Assembly: GCA_031551125.1 (NCBI GenBank)
Contig: JAVBOB010000001.1
Location: 1 to 64,000 of the forward strand
Origin: Bacteroidales bacterium
GTDB lineage: Bacteria; Bacteroidota; Bacteroidia; Bacteroidales; UBA932
Reading direction: 5' to 3'
Length of the DNA stretch: 64,000 bases
The stretch's first letter is position 1, and every line of letters starts with the position of its first letter. Below the pieces are notes generated by a model. The model worked only from the letters and a program-made list of their open reading frames with translations. It made no database searches and was not told the DNA's origin. The translations under genes were made by a program, and so were the position numbers. This document shows, piece by piece, positions 27,858 to 37,340 of the stretch.

Positions 27858-30800
27858 TTATGCTTTTCCTCGTTCAACCTCTTGCTTAATTCCATCGAAA
27901 ATAGTGATGGCCTGACTCACAGAGCTAATATTAACCACTGTAAGTGATAGCTTTCCGTTGCTCTCTTTTACCCTAAATAGGCGAGACCGAGACTGTATGT
28001 ACTGTAAAACTTGGGCAAATAAGCTGGTGCGGTAGTATGGTGATAGCTGGTTAGAAATGAAGTAAGCCACCAATACTCCGTTTTTCATTATAATACGTTC
28101 AAATCCAAGCGAAGTGGCGCGTTGACGCAGGCGAACAATATTGAACAGCTCTTCGGCGGCAGGAGGGGGTGTCCCAAATCGGTCAACCAGCTTATTTTGG
28201 AAACGTTGCAGCTCAATATCGCTATCCATTCCATCCAGCTCCTTGTAAAGCCTTATTTTTTCGGCGGTACTGCCAATATACTCATCGGGAAATAGCGCTT
28301 CAAAGTCGGTTTCAATGTAGCAATCCGATACAAAAGAGGCTTTGCTATCCGGTAACATAGGCTGTACCTCCTTCCCTTCTTCCATTGTTTCCAGCAAGGC
28401 TTCTTCATGCAGCTCCTGTAGCGCTTCGTTTAAAATACGCTGGTAGGTTTCAAAGCCAATGTCGGAAATAAACCCGCTTTGCTCGCCGCCAAGTAAGTTC
28501 CCGGCTCCGCGTATGTCCAAATCCTGCATGGCAATGTTGAATCCGCTACCCAAGTCGGAAAATTCTTCGATGGCTTTCAACCTGCGACGTGCCTCATCGG
28601 TCAGCGCAACAGGAGGAGGCGCTAGAAGGTAACAGAATGCTTTGCGGCTAGACCGTCCCACACGACCGCGTAGCTGGTGTAAGTCACTCAGCCCAAAATT
28701 TTGGGCTGCATTAATAATAATGGTGTTGGCGTTTGGAATGTCTAGCCCCGACTCAACTATGGTAGTAGATATAAGTACATCAAAGTCTCCGGCCATAAAG
28801 TCCAGCATAACTTCTTCCAGCTGCTTGGGCTCCATTTGCCCGTGTCCGATGCCTGTTTTTACACCGGGACAGATACGGCGTATAATATCCTCTACCTCTT
28901 TTATATCATGTATCCGGTTATGTATGAAGAATACCTGCCCACCCCTGTTTACTTCATAGGTAATGGCTTCGCGTATAATATTTTCATTAAAGGTATGCAG
29001 CTCCGTAACAATAGGGTGGCGGTTGGGTGGCGGAGTATTAATGATAGACAAATCACGCGCACCCAGTAGCGAGAACTGCAACGTTCGAGGAATAGGTGTT
29101 GCGGTTAGCGTTAGCGTATCAACGTTTAGCCTTAGCTGGCGCAGCTTCTCTTTTGCTCCCACACCAAACTTTTGCTCCTCGTCAACTATCAGCAAGCCAA
29201 GGTCTTTAAACTTTACATCTTTACTTAATACGCGGTGCGTACCAATAAGAATGGTTACTTTCCCTTCCTCAACATCATGCAGAATGGTTTTTATTTCCTT
29301 TGCCGATTTGAGACGGCTGATAAACTCTACCCGTACCGGAAACTCTTTTAAGCGGTCGCCAAACGTTTTGTAGTGCTGGAGCGATAAAATGGTGGTAGGC
29401 ACTAAAACCGCAACCTGTTTATTATCACATGCGGCTTTAAACGCGGCACGTATGGCTACCTCGGTTTTGCCAAAGCCAACATCGCCGCACACCAGCCTGT
29501 CCATAGGGTTGGGCGATTCCATATCTTCCTTTACCGCTATGGTAGCCTTCTCTTGGTCGGGCGTATCTTCGTATATAAACGAAGCCTCCAGCTCGTGCTG
29601 TAAAAAAGTATCGGGAGTAAACGCAAAACCTTCGGTAACCTTGCGCTTGGCGTAAAGGGCAATCAGCTCGCGAGCAATATCCTTTACTTTCTTCTTGGTG
29701 GTTTGCTTCAGCTTTTGCCAAGCGCCTGTACCTAACTTATAAATCTTAGGCGGTTCGCCGTCCTTACTCTTATAGCGTGATATACGGTGCAGCCCCTGAA
29801 TGTTTACAAACAGCACATCATTATCACGGTAGGTAAGCTTAATGGCCTCCTGTACCGTACCGTTGACGGTTGTTTTCACCAACCCCCCGAACACGCCAAC
29901 GCCATGGTCAATGTGTACCACGTAGTCGCCGGTTTGCAGGCTGTTTAGCTCCTGTAGGGTAAGCGCCTCACTTTTATCTAGGTTTCCACGCAGCTTAACG
30001 CGCTGGTAGCGTTGAAATATTTGATGGTCGGTATAGAAGCAACGCTTAATAGCGTTATCAATAAAGCCCTCGTGAAGCGTAAGGTTGTTGTACTCTACCT
30101 GCACATCGCCTGATGCAATGGAGCTGAATATTTGCCGAAGTCGCTCTTGCTGTTGCGTGGTATCCGCTAGAATGACGGTAGTGTAACCTTTGACTTGATT
30201 TTCGCGAATATTGGCCGCCAGCAAGTCGAAGTTTTTGTTGAACGACGGTTGCGGCGCGGTATGAAACTCTATCGTTCTTGCAGGCGTTACGCTCGTATCT
30301 GTTGAGAGTAGAACGGTAGAGAACCGTTTACACAATCCTTCAACATCAGCTTTATCAACTAAGCGGGTTACGCTTTCTTTATCCTGAACGCTTTCAATAG
30401 CTTTACCAACCAGCTGGCAGAACAGGCTGTAATCATCAAACCAGAGCTTGGCCTTCGTTCCTATAAAATCAAAGAACGAGCTGCTGCTTTCGTTTCGGTT
30501 TAAGTCGGCTATAATTTCAACGCTGTCCAGCCGCTCGACGGATAGCTGTGTGCCAATATCAAATGTGCGTATAGAGTCTATTTCATTCCCTAAAAAGTCG
30601 ATACGATAGGGCTTGTTGGTGGAGAACGAGAATATATCTACAATGCTGCCTCGCACAGAGTATTGTCCGGGTTCGTAAACAAAGTCGGTACGTTCAAAGC
30701 CGTACTCCATCATCACCTCACGAACAAAGTCGATGCTCAGCTTCTCACCCTTTTTCAGCTTAAGCGTGTTGCTGTTCAGCGTTTCTTTCGATACCACTTT

Positions 30801-31277
30801 CTCCGCCAGCGCATCGGGATAGCTTACAATAGCCGTAAAATCTTTACTGTGCGCCTGTTTCTCGAGTAGCCCCAACGCTCCTGTACGTTGTACAATTCCT
30901 GACGGGTCTTGCTGTTCGTACTGTATGCTCCTTTTATAGGATGAGGGAAAGAAGACAACCCTATCTGATCCGGTGAGGTTGTAAAGGTCGTCATAGAAGT
31001 AAGCGGCCTCGTCCTTATCGTTGAGGATAAAGATGTGTAGCCCGCCCATGCGCTCAAGGCATGCGGCGGCCAACAGGCTTCGTGATGAGCCCGAAAGCCC
31101 CTTGGCTAGTATGCACAATCGTCCCGCGGAAGAGAGTTCGGCAAGTAGCTGCTTACACCCATCCTGGGAGGCAAACTGTTCGGTTATTGTCTTCACAAAC
31201 AGAGATAAAAAATGAGGCGTAAAGGTAGTAAATAAAGTGAATGGGGGGGTGGTGAATTGGGGGTGGGCTATTCTCAT
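27858..31277 (-). CDS. mfd: transcription-repair coupling factor Mfd
   Basis: About 1100-aa superfamily-2 helicase with DEEQKFGV (DExH) and TATPIPRTL / QLRGRVGR motifs and the TRCF domain architecture. The N-terminal ~35 codons of the track ORF may be over-extension. Confidence 0.85.
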   Translation of the reverse strand: MRIAHPQFTTPPFTLFTTFTPHFLSLFVKTITEQFASQDGCKQLLAELSSAGRLCILAKGLSGSSRSLLAAACLERMGGLHIFILNDKDEAAYFYDDLYNLTGSDRVVFFPSSYKRSIQYEQQDPSGIVQRTGALGLLEKQAHSKDFTAIVSYPDALAEKVVSKETLNSNTLKLKKGEKLSIDFVREVMMEYGFERTDFVYEPGQYSVRGSIVDIFSFSTNKPYRIDFLGNEIDSIRTFDIGTQLSVERLDSVEIIADLNRNESSSSFFDFIGTKAKLWFDDYSLFCQLVGKAIESVQDKESVTRLVDKADVEGLCKRFSTVLLSTDTSVTPARTIEFHTAPQPSFNKNFDLLAANIRENQVKGYTTVILADTTQQQERLRQIFSSIASGDVQVEYNNLTLHEGFIDNAIKRCFYTDHQIFQRYQRVKLRGNLDKSEALTLQELNSLQTGDYVVHIDHGVGVFGGLVKTTVNGTVQEAIKLTYRDNDVLFVNIQGLHRISRYKSKDGEPPKIYKLGTGAWQKLKQTTKKKVKDIARELIALYAKRKVTEGFAFTPDTFLQHELEASFIYEDTPDQEKATIAVKEDMESPNPMDRLVCGDVGFGKTEVAIRAAFKAACDNKQVAVLVPTTILSLQHYKTFGDRLKEFPVRVEFISRLKSAKEIKTILHDVEEGKVTILIGTHRVLSKDVKFKDLGLLIVDEEQKFGVGAKEKLRQLRLNVDTLTLTATPIPRTLQFSLLGARDLSIINTPPPNRHPIVTELHTFNENIIREAITYEVNRGGQVFFIHNRIHDIKEVEDIIRRICPGVKTGIGHGQMEPKQLEEVMLDFMAGDFDVLISTTIVESGLDIPNANTIIINAAQNFGLSDLHQLRGRVGRSSRKAFCYLLAPPPVALTDEARRRLKAIEEFSDLGSGFNIAMQDLDIRGAGNLLGGEQSGFISDIGFETYQRILNEALQELHEEALLETMEEGKEVQPMLPDSKASFVSDCYIETDFEALFPDEYIGSTAEKIRLYKELDGMDSDIELQRFQNKLVDRFGTPPPAAEELFNIVRLRQRATSLGFERIIMKNGVLVAYFISNQLSPYYRTSLFAQVLQYIQSRSRLFRVKESNGKLSLTVVNISSVSQAITIFDGIKQEVERGKA

Positions 31278-31463
31278 GAGGGATACGGTTTAGAGAGGTA
31301 TGAGATTATTGGGCAAGTGATAAATTTAAGCAATAAAGTTGTAAATAATTAATTTTTTAAATGAATATATTTGACATATTAGAAATAATTATGATATAGC
31401 TATATTTACAAATTACGTTGTAAAAGTCGCTACTTGCAAATAATTTTGATTATCAGCAAATTA

Positions 31464-32636
31464 ATGAAAAATAGAATTTTTCCCATCGAAATCACCGAAT
31501 TTTCTGTTGAAGCCCTACTTCGCAAGTACAGCAAGAGAAGTTATGTGATTTATATCGTTGTATTGCTTTTTGTACTATTTGCATTTGCTGCATTATTCTT
31601 TATCACAGTAGATGTGAGTGTGAGAGCAAGCGGCATACTAAAAACACCCGGAGAGCGGATCGCTGTGACTGCTCCCGCATCAGGTCGTATTTATCAGTTA
31701 AGAATAACAGAAAACGATGTGGTTAGTAAGGGTGATACGTTATTTGTGGTTTCACAGGATGTATGGAAAGAGCAAGCAAAAAATTACCAAGTTCGTAAAG
31801 ACGAATTAGTAAACTTGCTTTCTGACTTAAACCAGCTAACAGCATCGAATAAAAGAAAGCAAATAGCGTTCAAAACGGATTATTACCAGCAAAGCTTTGC
31901 GCTATATTCCGGTCGCCAAGCTAGTGCTCAAAGTCGCTTAGAAGTTGTTGAGAAAAATTATACCCGTCATAAACTTTTGCTTAAGGATAAGGTGATTGCT
32001 CAGGCTACGTTTGAACCCGTTGAGGGGGAATATAATGAAGCCAAATCCGCAATCTCAACGTTGTACAATGAGCAAATGAACCAGTGGCAGAGCGACCAGC
32101 AACAATATCAGCTGGAGCTACAAAATTTGGAATCGCAAATTAACCAGCTGGATATACAGCAGCAACAACTAATTGTACTGGCTCCGGTGTCGGGAAGCAT
32201 TCAGCAGCTGGCCGGTGTAAGGCAAGGAAACTATGTAACAGAAGGGCAGCAGCTGGTTGAAATTTCTCCCGACAGTACGTTGCAAGTAGAGTGTTACGTT
32301 AGCCCCAAAGATATTGGACTTATCCGTACAGGACAAGTTGTTCGCATACAGGCGGATGCATATAACTATAACGAATGGGGAATGTTGGACGGTTGTGTGA
32401 CGGGTATTTCACATGATATTACCATTCAGAATTCTCAGCAACAGCCTTTTTTCAAGGTATTTTGTCGATTGGAGAAAACGCATCTTACGCTGAAGAATGG
32501 TTTTACGGGGCAGCTGAAAAAAGGAATGACTGCCAATATTCGCTTTGTAGTTACTCGTCGTACACTATTCCAAATGCTATATGACAAGACCGATGATTGG
32601 TTAAATCCCAACAGCCCGAAGGAAATATCAAATTAG
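31464..32636 (+). CDS. HlyD-family membrane-fusion/secretion adaptor protein
   Basis: Single N-terminal TM YVIYIVVLLFVLFAFAALFFITV, a long coiled-coil and a C-terminal beta domain. It is immediately upstream of the C39-ABC exporter. Confidence 0.75.
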   Translation: MKNRIFPIEITEFSVEALLRKYSKRSYVIYIVVLLFVLFAFAALFFITVDVSVRASGILKTPGERIAVTAPASGRIYQLRITENDVVSKGDTLFVVSQDVWKEQAKNYQVRKDELVNLLSDLNQLTASNKRKQIAFKTDYYQQSFALYSGRQASAQSRLEVVEKNYTRHKLLLKDKVIAQATFEPVEGEYNEAKSAISTLYNEQMNQWQSDQQQYQLELQNLESQINQLDIQQQQLIVLAPVSGSIQQLAGVRQGNYVTEGQQLVEISPDSTLQVECYVSPKDIGLIRTGQVVRIQADAYNYNEWGMLDGCVTGISHDITIQNSQQQPFFKVFCRLEKTHLTLKNGFTGQLKKGMTANIRFVVTRRTLFQMLYDKTDDWLNPNSPKEISN

Positions 32637-32659
32637 TCACCCTAAATTTCTCAACTTAT

Positions 32660-34825
32660 ATGAAAGTAAAGCAGCATGATATTACCGATTGCGGTGCAGC
32701 GTGTTTGGCATCTATAGCGGGACATTACGGTTTGAAAATGCCTATAGCTCGTATCCGCCAAATTGCATCTACCGACCAAAAAGGGACTAATATATTGGGG
32801 CTTATTGAAGCCGCCCAGCAGTTAGGCTTTGCGGCAAAGGGGGTAAAGACGTCGATTGTTAATGGAGAAAAGGATACTACGCCTCTTGAGAAAATTCCAA
32901 AACCGGCAATAGCGCATGTTGTGGTTAAAGATGTGCTGCACCACTTTGTCGTTATTTACAAAGCCGATGGAAAACAGGTAACAGTTATGGATCCGGCCGA
33001 CGGAAAAATGCATTGTTACAGCTACGACACGTTTTGCCACATGTGGACGGGAATGCTAATCTTGCTGGTTCCGCAGGACGATTTTAAAACAGGGAATGAA
33101 AAAGTCAGCATATCCAAGCGATTTTGGTACTTACTTCGTCCGCATGGAGGGGAGTTGGTACAAGCCATCTTCGGAGCCATTGTTTTTACGGTTTTAGGCT
33201 TGGCAACTTCTGTTTTTGTACAGAAAATAGTAGATAACGTTATTCCTGAAGGCAACGGGAGGTTGCTGAACTTGCTCAGCGTGGTGATGATTGTTATTTT
33301 ATTTCTATCCGTATTCATCAGCTACTTTAAAACGTTGTTTGTTATTCGTATCGGTCAGAAAATTGATGCACGCTTGATATTGGGCTACTACAAACACCTG
33401 CTGCGTTTGCCCCAAAGTTTTTTTGATAACATGCGTACAGGAGAAATTATTTCACGTATCAACGATGCGGTGAAGATCCGTGTATTTATTAACGATACAA
33501 TGATTAACCTGCTGGTGTCGTTGTTTATGCTGGTATTTGCTTTTGTGCTGATGTTTACGTACTACTGGAAGTTGGCGTTAATTTTACTCGCTATTATACC
33601 GCTTTACGCGATGATATATGTTTTGTTTAACTATGCCAACCGCCGTACTCAGCGTAAGCTGATGGAGCATTCTGCTGATTTGGAAGCACAGCTGGTAGAG
33701 TCAATCAATACGGCAGGTACGATTAAGCGCTTTGGTATGGAGAGTTTTGCCGGAATGAAAACCGAAACCCGTTTTGTGCGATTGCTAACAACTATTTATA
33801 CTTCCGGAAAAACTGCCTTGTGGGCAAGTTCAGCTACAGATTTTATTTCGCGCTTATTCGTGATTATTCTACTTTGGTGTGGCACCTATTTTGTGTTGCG
33901 CAACCAAATTACTCCCGGAGAGCTGCTTTCGTTTTACGCGTTGATAGGCTATTTTACCGGACCTATCGCTAGTCTCATTGGAATGAACCGCAGCTTACAG
34001 GATGCAAGAATTGCGGCAGACCGCCTATTTGAAATAATGGATTTGGAACGTGAGGATGAGCAAAAGAAAATACCGTTTAGCAAAGAACAAGTTGGCGACA
34101 TTGTATTTGAAAACGTAAGTTTTCGTTACGGAAGCCGCACTACCGTTTTTCAAAATCTGAACTTACAGCTTTCTAAAGGAAAAATAAGTGCGGTAGTAGG
34201 AGAAAGCGGTTCGGGAAAAACCACCTTGCTTTCAATTCTTCAAAACCTATACCCCTTACAGGGCGGGAGTGTTACTATAGGCGGCGTGGATGTTCGGCAT
34301 ATTGACAGTAGCAGCTTACGCCAGCTGGTGAGTGTTGTTCCGCAGCAGATTGATTTGTTTGAGGGTTCGTTGATTGATAATATTGCGCTGGGCGATTTCT
34401 CCGTTGATTACCAACAGGTATTATCTATTTGTGGAGCCATTGGCCTGTTACCTTTTATTCAATCCTTACCCCAAGGTTTTCATACCAACATTGGCGAGAA
34501 CGGAGTGAAGCTGTCCGGCGGACAGCGCCAGCGTATTGCTATTGCGCGGGCGCTGTACCGTAAGCCCGAAATACTGATTTTAGATGAAGCTACTTCGGCA
34601 TTAGATTCCGAGTCGGAGCAAAATATTAAAGCATCAATAGACCAACTGCGGAGCGAGGGAAAAACCATTATTGTAATTGCTCACCGCTTGGGAACCGTAA
34701 CGGGAGCCGATTGTATTTACATGCTCCACCAAGGCAGCTTGGAGGCCAAAGGTACACATGAGGAGCTGCTGGCAGGCAACGAGCGCTATGCCAGGTATTG
34801 GAAAGCGCAAACACAACTAGCTTAA
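32660..34825 (+). CDS. peptidase C39 domain-containing ABC transporter (bacteriocin/peptide exporter)
   Basis: N-terminal C39 motif QHDITDCGAACLASIAGHYG; 6-TM domain; Walker A GESGSGKTTL; signature LSGGQRQRIAIARAL; Walker B ILILDEATSALD. Confidence 0.9.
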   Translation: MKVKQHDITDCGAACLASIAGHYGLKMPIARIRQIASTDQKGTNILGLIEAAQQLGFAAKGVKTSIVNGEKDTTPLEKIPKPAIAHVVVKDVLHHFVVIYKADGKQVTVMDPADGKMHCYSYDTFCHMWTGMLILLVPQDDFKTGNEKVSISKRFWYLLRPHGGELVQAIFGAIVFTVLGLATSVFVQKIVDNVIPEGNGRLLNLLSVVMIVILFLSVFISYFKTLFVIRIGQKIDARLILGYYKHLLRLPQSFFDNMRTGEIISRINDAVKIRVFINDTMINLLVSLFMLVFAFVLMFTYYWKLALILLAIIPLYAMIYVLFNYANRRTQRKLMEHSADLEAQLVESINTAGTIKRFGMESFAGMKTETRFVRLLTTIYTSGKTALWASSATDFISRLFVIILLWCGTYFVLRNQITPGELLSFYALIGYFTGPIASLIGMNRSLQDARIAADRLFEIMDLEREDEQKKIPFSKEQVGDIVFENVSFRYGSRTTVFQNLNLQLSKGKISAVVGESGSGKTTLLSILQNLYPLQGGSVTIGGVDVRHIDSSSLRQLVSVVPQQIDLFEGSLIDNIALGDFSVDYQQVLSICGAIGLLPFIQSLPQGFHTNIGENGVKLSGGQRQRIAIARALYRKPEILILDEATSALDSESEQNIKASIDQLRSEGKTIIVIAHRLGTVTGADCIYMLHQGSLEAKGTHEELLAGNERYARYWKAQTQLA

Positions 34826-34850
34826 TCGGGAACTTATCATATACATTACC

Positions 34851-35168
34851 ATGAAATCATTAGTAACCTTAGCCAAGCTAAGAATTTTAGAGAAGCTGAT
34901 TCATTCCGAGAGTACCGGTACTTCCGAACAGCTGGCGCAGCGGCTGCATATAAGCCGCAGTAAGCTGTTTGAACTGATTGATGAGCTGAAGCTGAAGGGT
35001 GTTCCCATTTCTTACTCTAAAAAGAAAAAGAGCTTTGTGTTTGACCGCCCGCTGGAGTTGTTACTGAAAGCCGAAGTAACCTTTTTGGACAACGAAGAGG
35101 TGATTGACATTAGCGGAGGACAAGCATTACAAAATATGCTTTGCAGCATAAATTTGTGTAGTGCTTAG
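34851..35168 (+). CDS. small putative HTH DNA-binding protein (105 aa)
   Basis: LRILEKLIHSESTGTSEQLAQRLHISRSKLFELIDELK resembles a winged-HTH; it sits between the exporter and the leader-peptide genes. Confidence 0.4.
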   Translation: MKSLVTLAKLRILEKLIHSESTGTSEQLAQRLHISRSKLFELIDELKLKGVPISYSKKKKSFVFDRPLELLLKAEVTFLDNEEVIDISGGQALQNMLCSINLCSA

Positions 35169-35315
35169 TAGCGTTCTTTTTTGTGGACTAACTCCGAATA
35201 GTTTTGTACCTGTCTTTGCAAAGAACAGGCTAATCCTGCGGCATGTAAAAGTGAGCAGGTATGTTTAATTCAAAAACTTACAATGATGAGGAGCTTAGAT
35301 TTAAATGCTCATGGA

Positions 35316-35474
35316 ATGACTGAACTGAATGAGCAGGAAATAAAGGATGCTAATGGTGGAGGTTGGTTTTGGCCAGCTGTGCTATTTCAGGTAGCGATGG
35401 AACTTTTCGATGGGTCTTTTTTTAGTGATATTGAAAAAGGAAGAAAAGAGGCAAGAGAGGTTCTCGGAAAATAA
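35316..35474 (+). CDS. double-glycine leader peptide precursor 1 (bacteriocin-like)
   Basis: Leader MTELNEQEIKDANGG|G, then core WFWPAVLFQVAMELFDGSFFSDIEKGRKEAREVLGK. An alternative upstream ATG lies at 35283. Confidence 0.65.
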   Translation: MTELNEQEIKDANGGGWFWPAVLFQVAMELFDGSFFSDIEKGRKEAREVLGK

Positions 35475-35503
35475 AATGATATTAATCCTTAAATAATTAT
35501 AGT

Positions 35504-35695
35504 ATGCAACTTGAAAAATATGGTGTTATTGAATTAACACAACAAGAACAATTATTGGAAAATGGAGGCGGTCCGATAGGTCGTATAGTTGGTTGGTTTT
35601 TGGGCTTCCTTGAAGTGGTGGGCGAAGTTCATCAAGAGGTGTCGAAATCTCCAGAAGCAGCAGCTGTTTATCAGGCTTGGAATGATTTTAGATAG
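35504..35695 (+). CDS. double-glycine leader peptide precursor 2 (bacteriocin-like)
   Basis: MQLEKYGVIELTQQEQLLENGG|G, then core PIGRIVGWFLGFLEVVGEVHQEVSKSPEAAAVYQAWNDFR. It is followed by the hairpin ACTGCATTTG...CAAATGCAGT (35713..35753). Confidence 0.65.
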   Translation: MQLEKYGVIELTQQEQLLENGGGPIGRIVGWFLGFLEVVGEVHQEVSKSPEAAAVYQAWNDFR

Positions 35696-35773
35696 TTGTA
35701 TAAATACTGCATTTGTGTAAATTGAGTAAATTTGCGCAAATGCAGTTTATCCCATTTATGTAAATAACTTTTT

Positions 35774-36115
35774 ATGCTTAAAAGTCTATCCTCTCGAATA
35801 TACTTTGGCTTATTCGTTATTTTTTTTTCCATTTTTCTTTTGGTCAATTATTGTGGTCATTGGCAAGTTAGTTCAGTTATTTCTTGTTTTTACCCCATTA
35901 ATCTTTGTTTTTTATTATGGTCGATAAATGATTGTTCAAGAAGGGCAAAGGTATATATTACTATTGCTGTTTTGTTGCTAGGATTACTGCTTTGGACTAA
36001 TACGAAAGTTGCTGGTTACCCATTGATCATTCCATTTATTTCTGCGTTTATTGCATTGGCGATAAGTTATATTGTTGATAGGAGGTGTAGAGGTAGGTGT
36101 AATTCTAAAAATTAG
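35774..36115 (+). CDS. small membrane protein (113 aa), N-terminus resembling the neighbouring CPBP genes
   Basis: LKSLSSRIYFGLFVIFFSIFLL parallels LHRLKTKYLFTIGVFFPILLGL of the CPBP gene 36122..36619; there are no protease motifs. Either an immunity-like peptide or a gene fragment. Confidence 0.4.
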   Translation: MLKSLSSRIYFGLFVIFFSIFLLVNYCGHWQVSSVISCFYPINLCFLLWSINDCSRRAKVYITIAVLLLGLLLWTNTKVAGYPLIIPFISAFIALAISYIVDRRCRGRCNSKN

Positions 36116-36121
36116 TATTTT

Positions 36122-36619
36122 GTGTTTCGAGTTTTACAGTTGTTGCATAGGCTTAAGACCAAGTACCTATTTACAATAGGTGTATTTTTCCCTATACTTT
36201 TGGGGCTTATGGTGGTTTTTATTGCTCAACTTTTTCCTGATATTTATAACGATGAAGAGGATGTTACGCAAAAAATCTTACAGAATCCTCTTAATTTATT
36301 AAGTGCATTGATATTGGCTCCCGCTATTGAAACGTTAATTCAGTATGTGCCGGTAAAAATATCAGACTATTACTTATCAAGGAGGTGTAAATTTGCGAAC
36401 TTTATAGCAATTGTTCTATCTGCAATTGTGTTTGCATCTTTGCATAACCAACATTTTATTTTTCTTATACCGCTATTTTTTGCGGGCTTAACGTGGGCTA
36501 CTTTATGTTTGGTTTTTATTCAACAAAAAATTAATCCATATTTGTCTATTGCATTGATGCATTTTGGCTATAATTTGATTATTCTATCGCTTGATATTGC
36601 GATATATGGATATGCATAG
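36122..36619 (+). CDS. CPBP-family (Abi/CAAX protease-like) membrane protein; putative bacteriocin self-immunity
   Basis: Motifs APAIETLIQY (EExxxR-like), FASLHNQH (FxxxH) and HFGYNLI (HxxxN). Confidence 0.6.
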   Translation: MFRVLQLLHRLKTKYLFTIGVFFPILLGLMVVFIAQLFPDIYNDEEDVTQKILQNPLNLLSALILAPAIETLIQYVPVKISDYYLSRRCKFANFIAIVLSAIVFASLHNQHFIFLIPLFFAGLTWATLCLVFIQQKINPYLSIALMHFGYNLIILSLDIAIYGYA

Positions 36620-36630
36620 CCATTACATGA

Positions 36631-36843
36631 AATGAAGCGCTTTGGAAATATTGCTATAGTTGGATTGTCTTATTTGGTATGCTTCTGTATAGTGCGTTGT
36701 ATGTAGGCTACGCATTTATAGGGGGAGTTCTTCTTGCGTTGACATTTTTAGGTTGTTTTAAAAAGAGGGGATATACTTATGCATATTTTTTAGTTTGCAT
36801 TGTTCATAGTTTGTTTAATATAAGTGTTCACTACCTCTCGTAA
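36631..36843 (+). pseudogene. C-terminal remnant of a CPBP-family gene
   Basis: Stop-to-stop frame translates ...YVGYAFIGGVLLALTFLGCFKKRGYTYAYFLVCIVHSLFNISVHYLS* and carries the HxxxN-type motif. It is too short to be intact, and no upstream part lies in frame. Confidence 0.45.
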
Positions 36844-36871
36844 ATTGATTATATGATTTGATCTTGATTCT

Positions 36872-37340
36872 ATGCAAGCGCTGGTTAATACATTAAAACA
36901 GCGGTCATCGCTGTTTATATTTTTGCTGGTATTCGGTATCAAACTTTTGTTGTGTGTTGTTTGGCATTTTTGCTTTAGGCACGCAGGGGGGAACGGATAT
37001 GTCGGAGTTCTCACCTATTGCAGAGTTTATACTTGTTGTTGTTATTGCTCCTCTTGTTGAAACATTTTTAGTGCAATACCTACCCATAGCAATACTTATT
37101 AAGTACACTAAAGCGCCTTCGCTTCTTATAATTATTATATCGGCTGCTTGTTTTTCCCTGTTGCACACCTATAGTTTAGCGTATGTAACCTATACATTTC
37201 TATCAGGATTGATGCTTGCATTTGCATTTGTGGTTTTCTATATTAAGAAAAATAGTTTTTTATTTGCATTCCTTATGGTATGTTTAGTTCATGCGGTATT
37301 TAATGCCGGATTATTTTCGCTTAAGTATTGTAGTCAATAA
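36872..37340 (+). pseudogene. frameshifted CPBP-family gene (two overlapping ORFs in different frames)
   Basis: ORF 36872..37060 encodes an N-terminus MQALVNTLKQRSSLFIFLLVFGIKLL homologous to the N-terminus of 36122..36619. ORF 36954..37340, in another frame, carries APLVETFLVQYLP, FSLLHTYS and HAVFNAGL (the three CPBP motifs). Confidence 0.5.
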
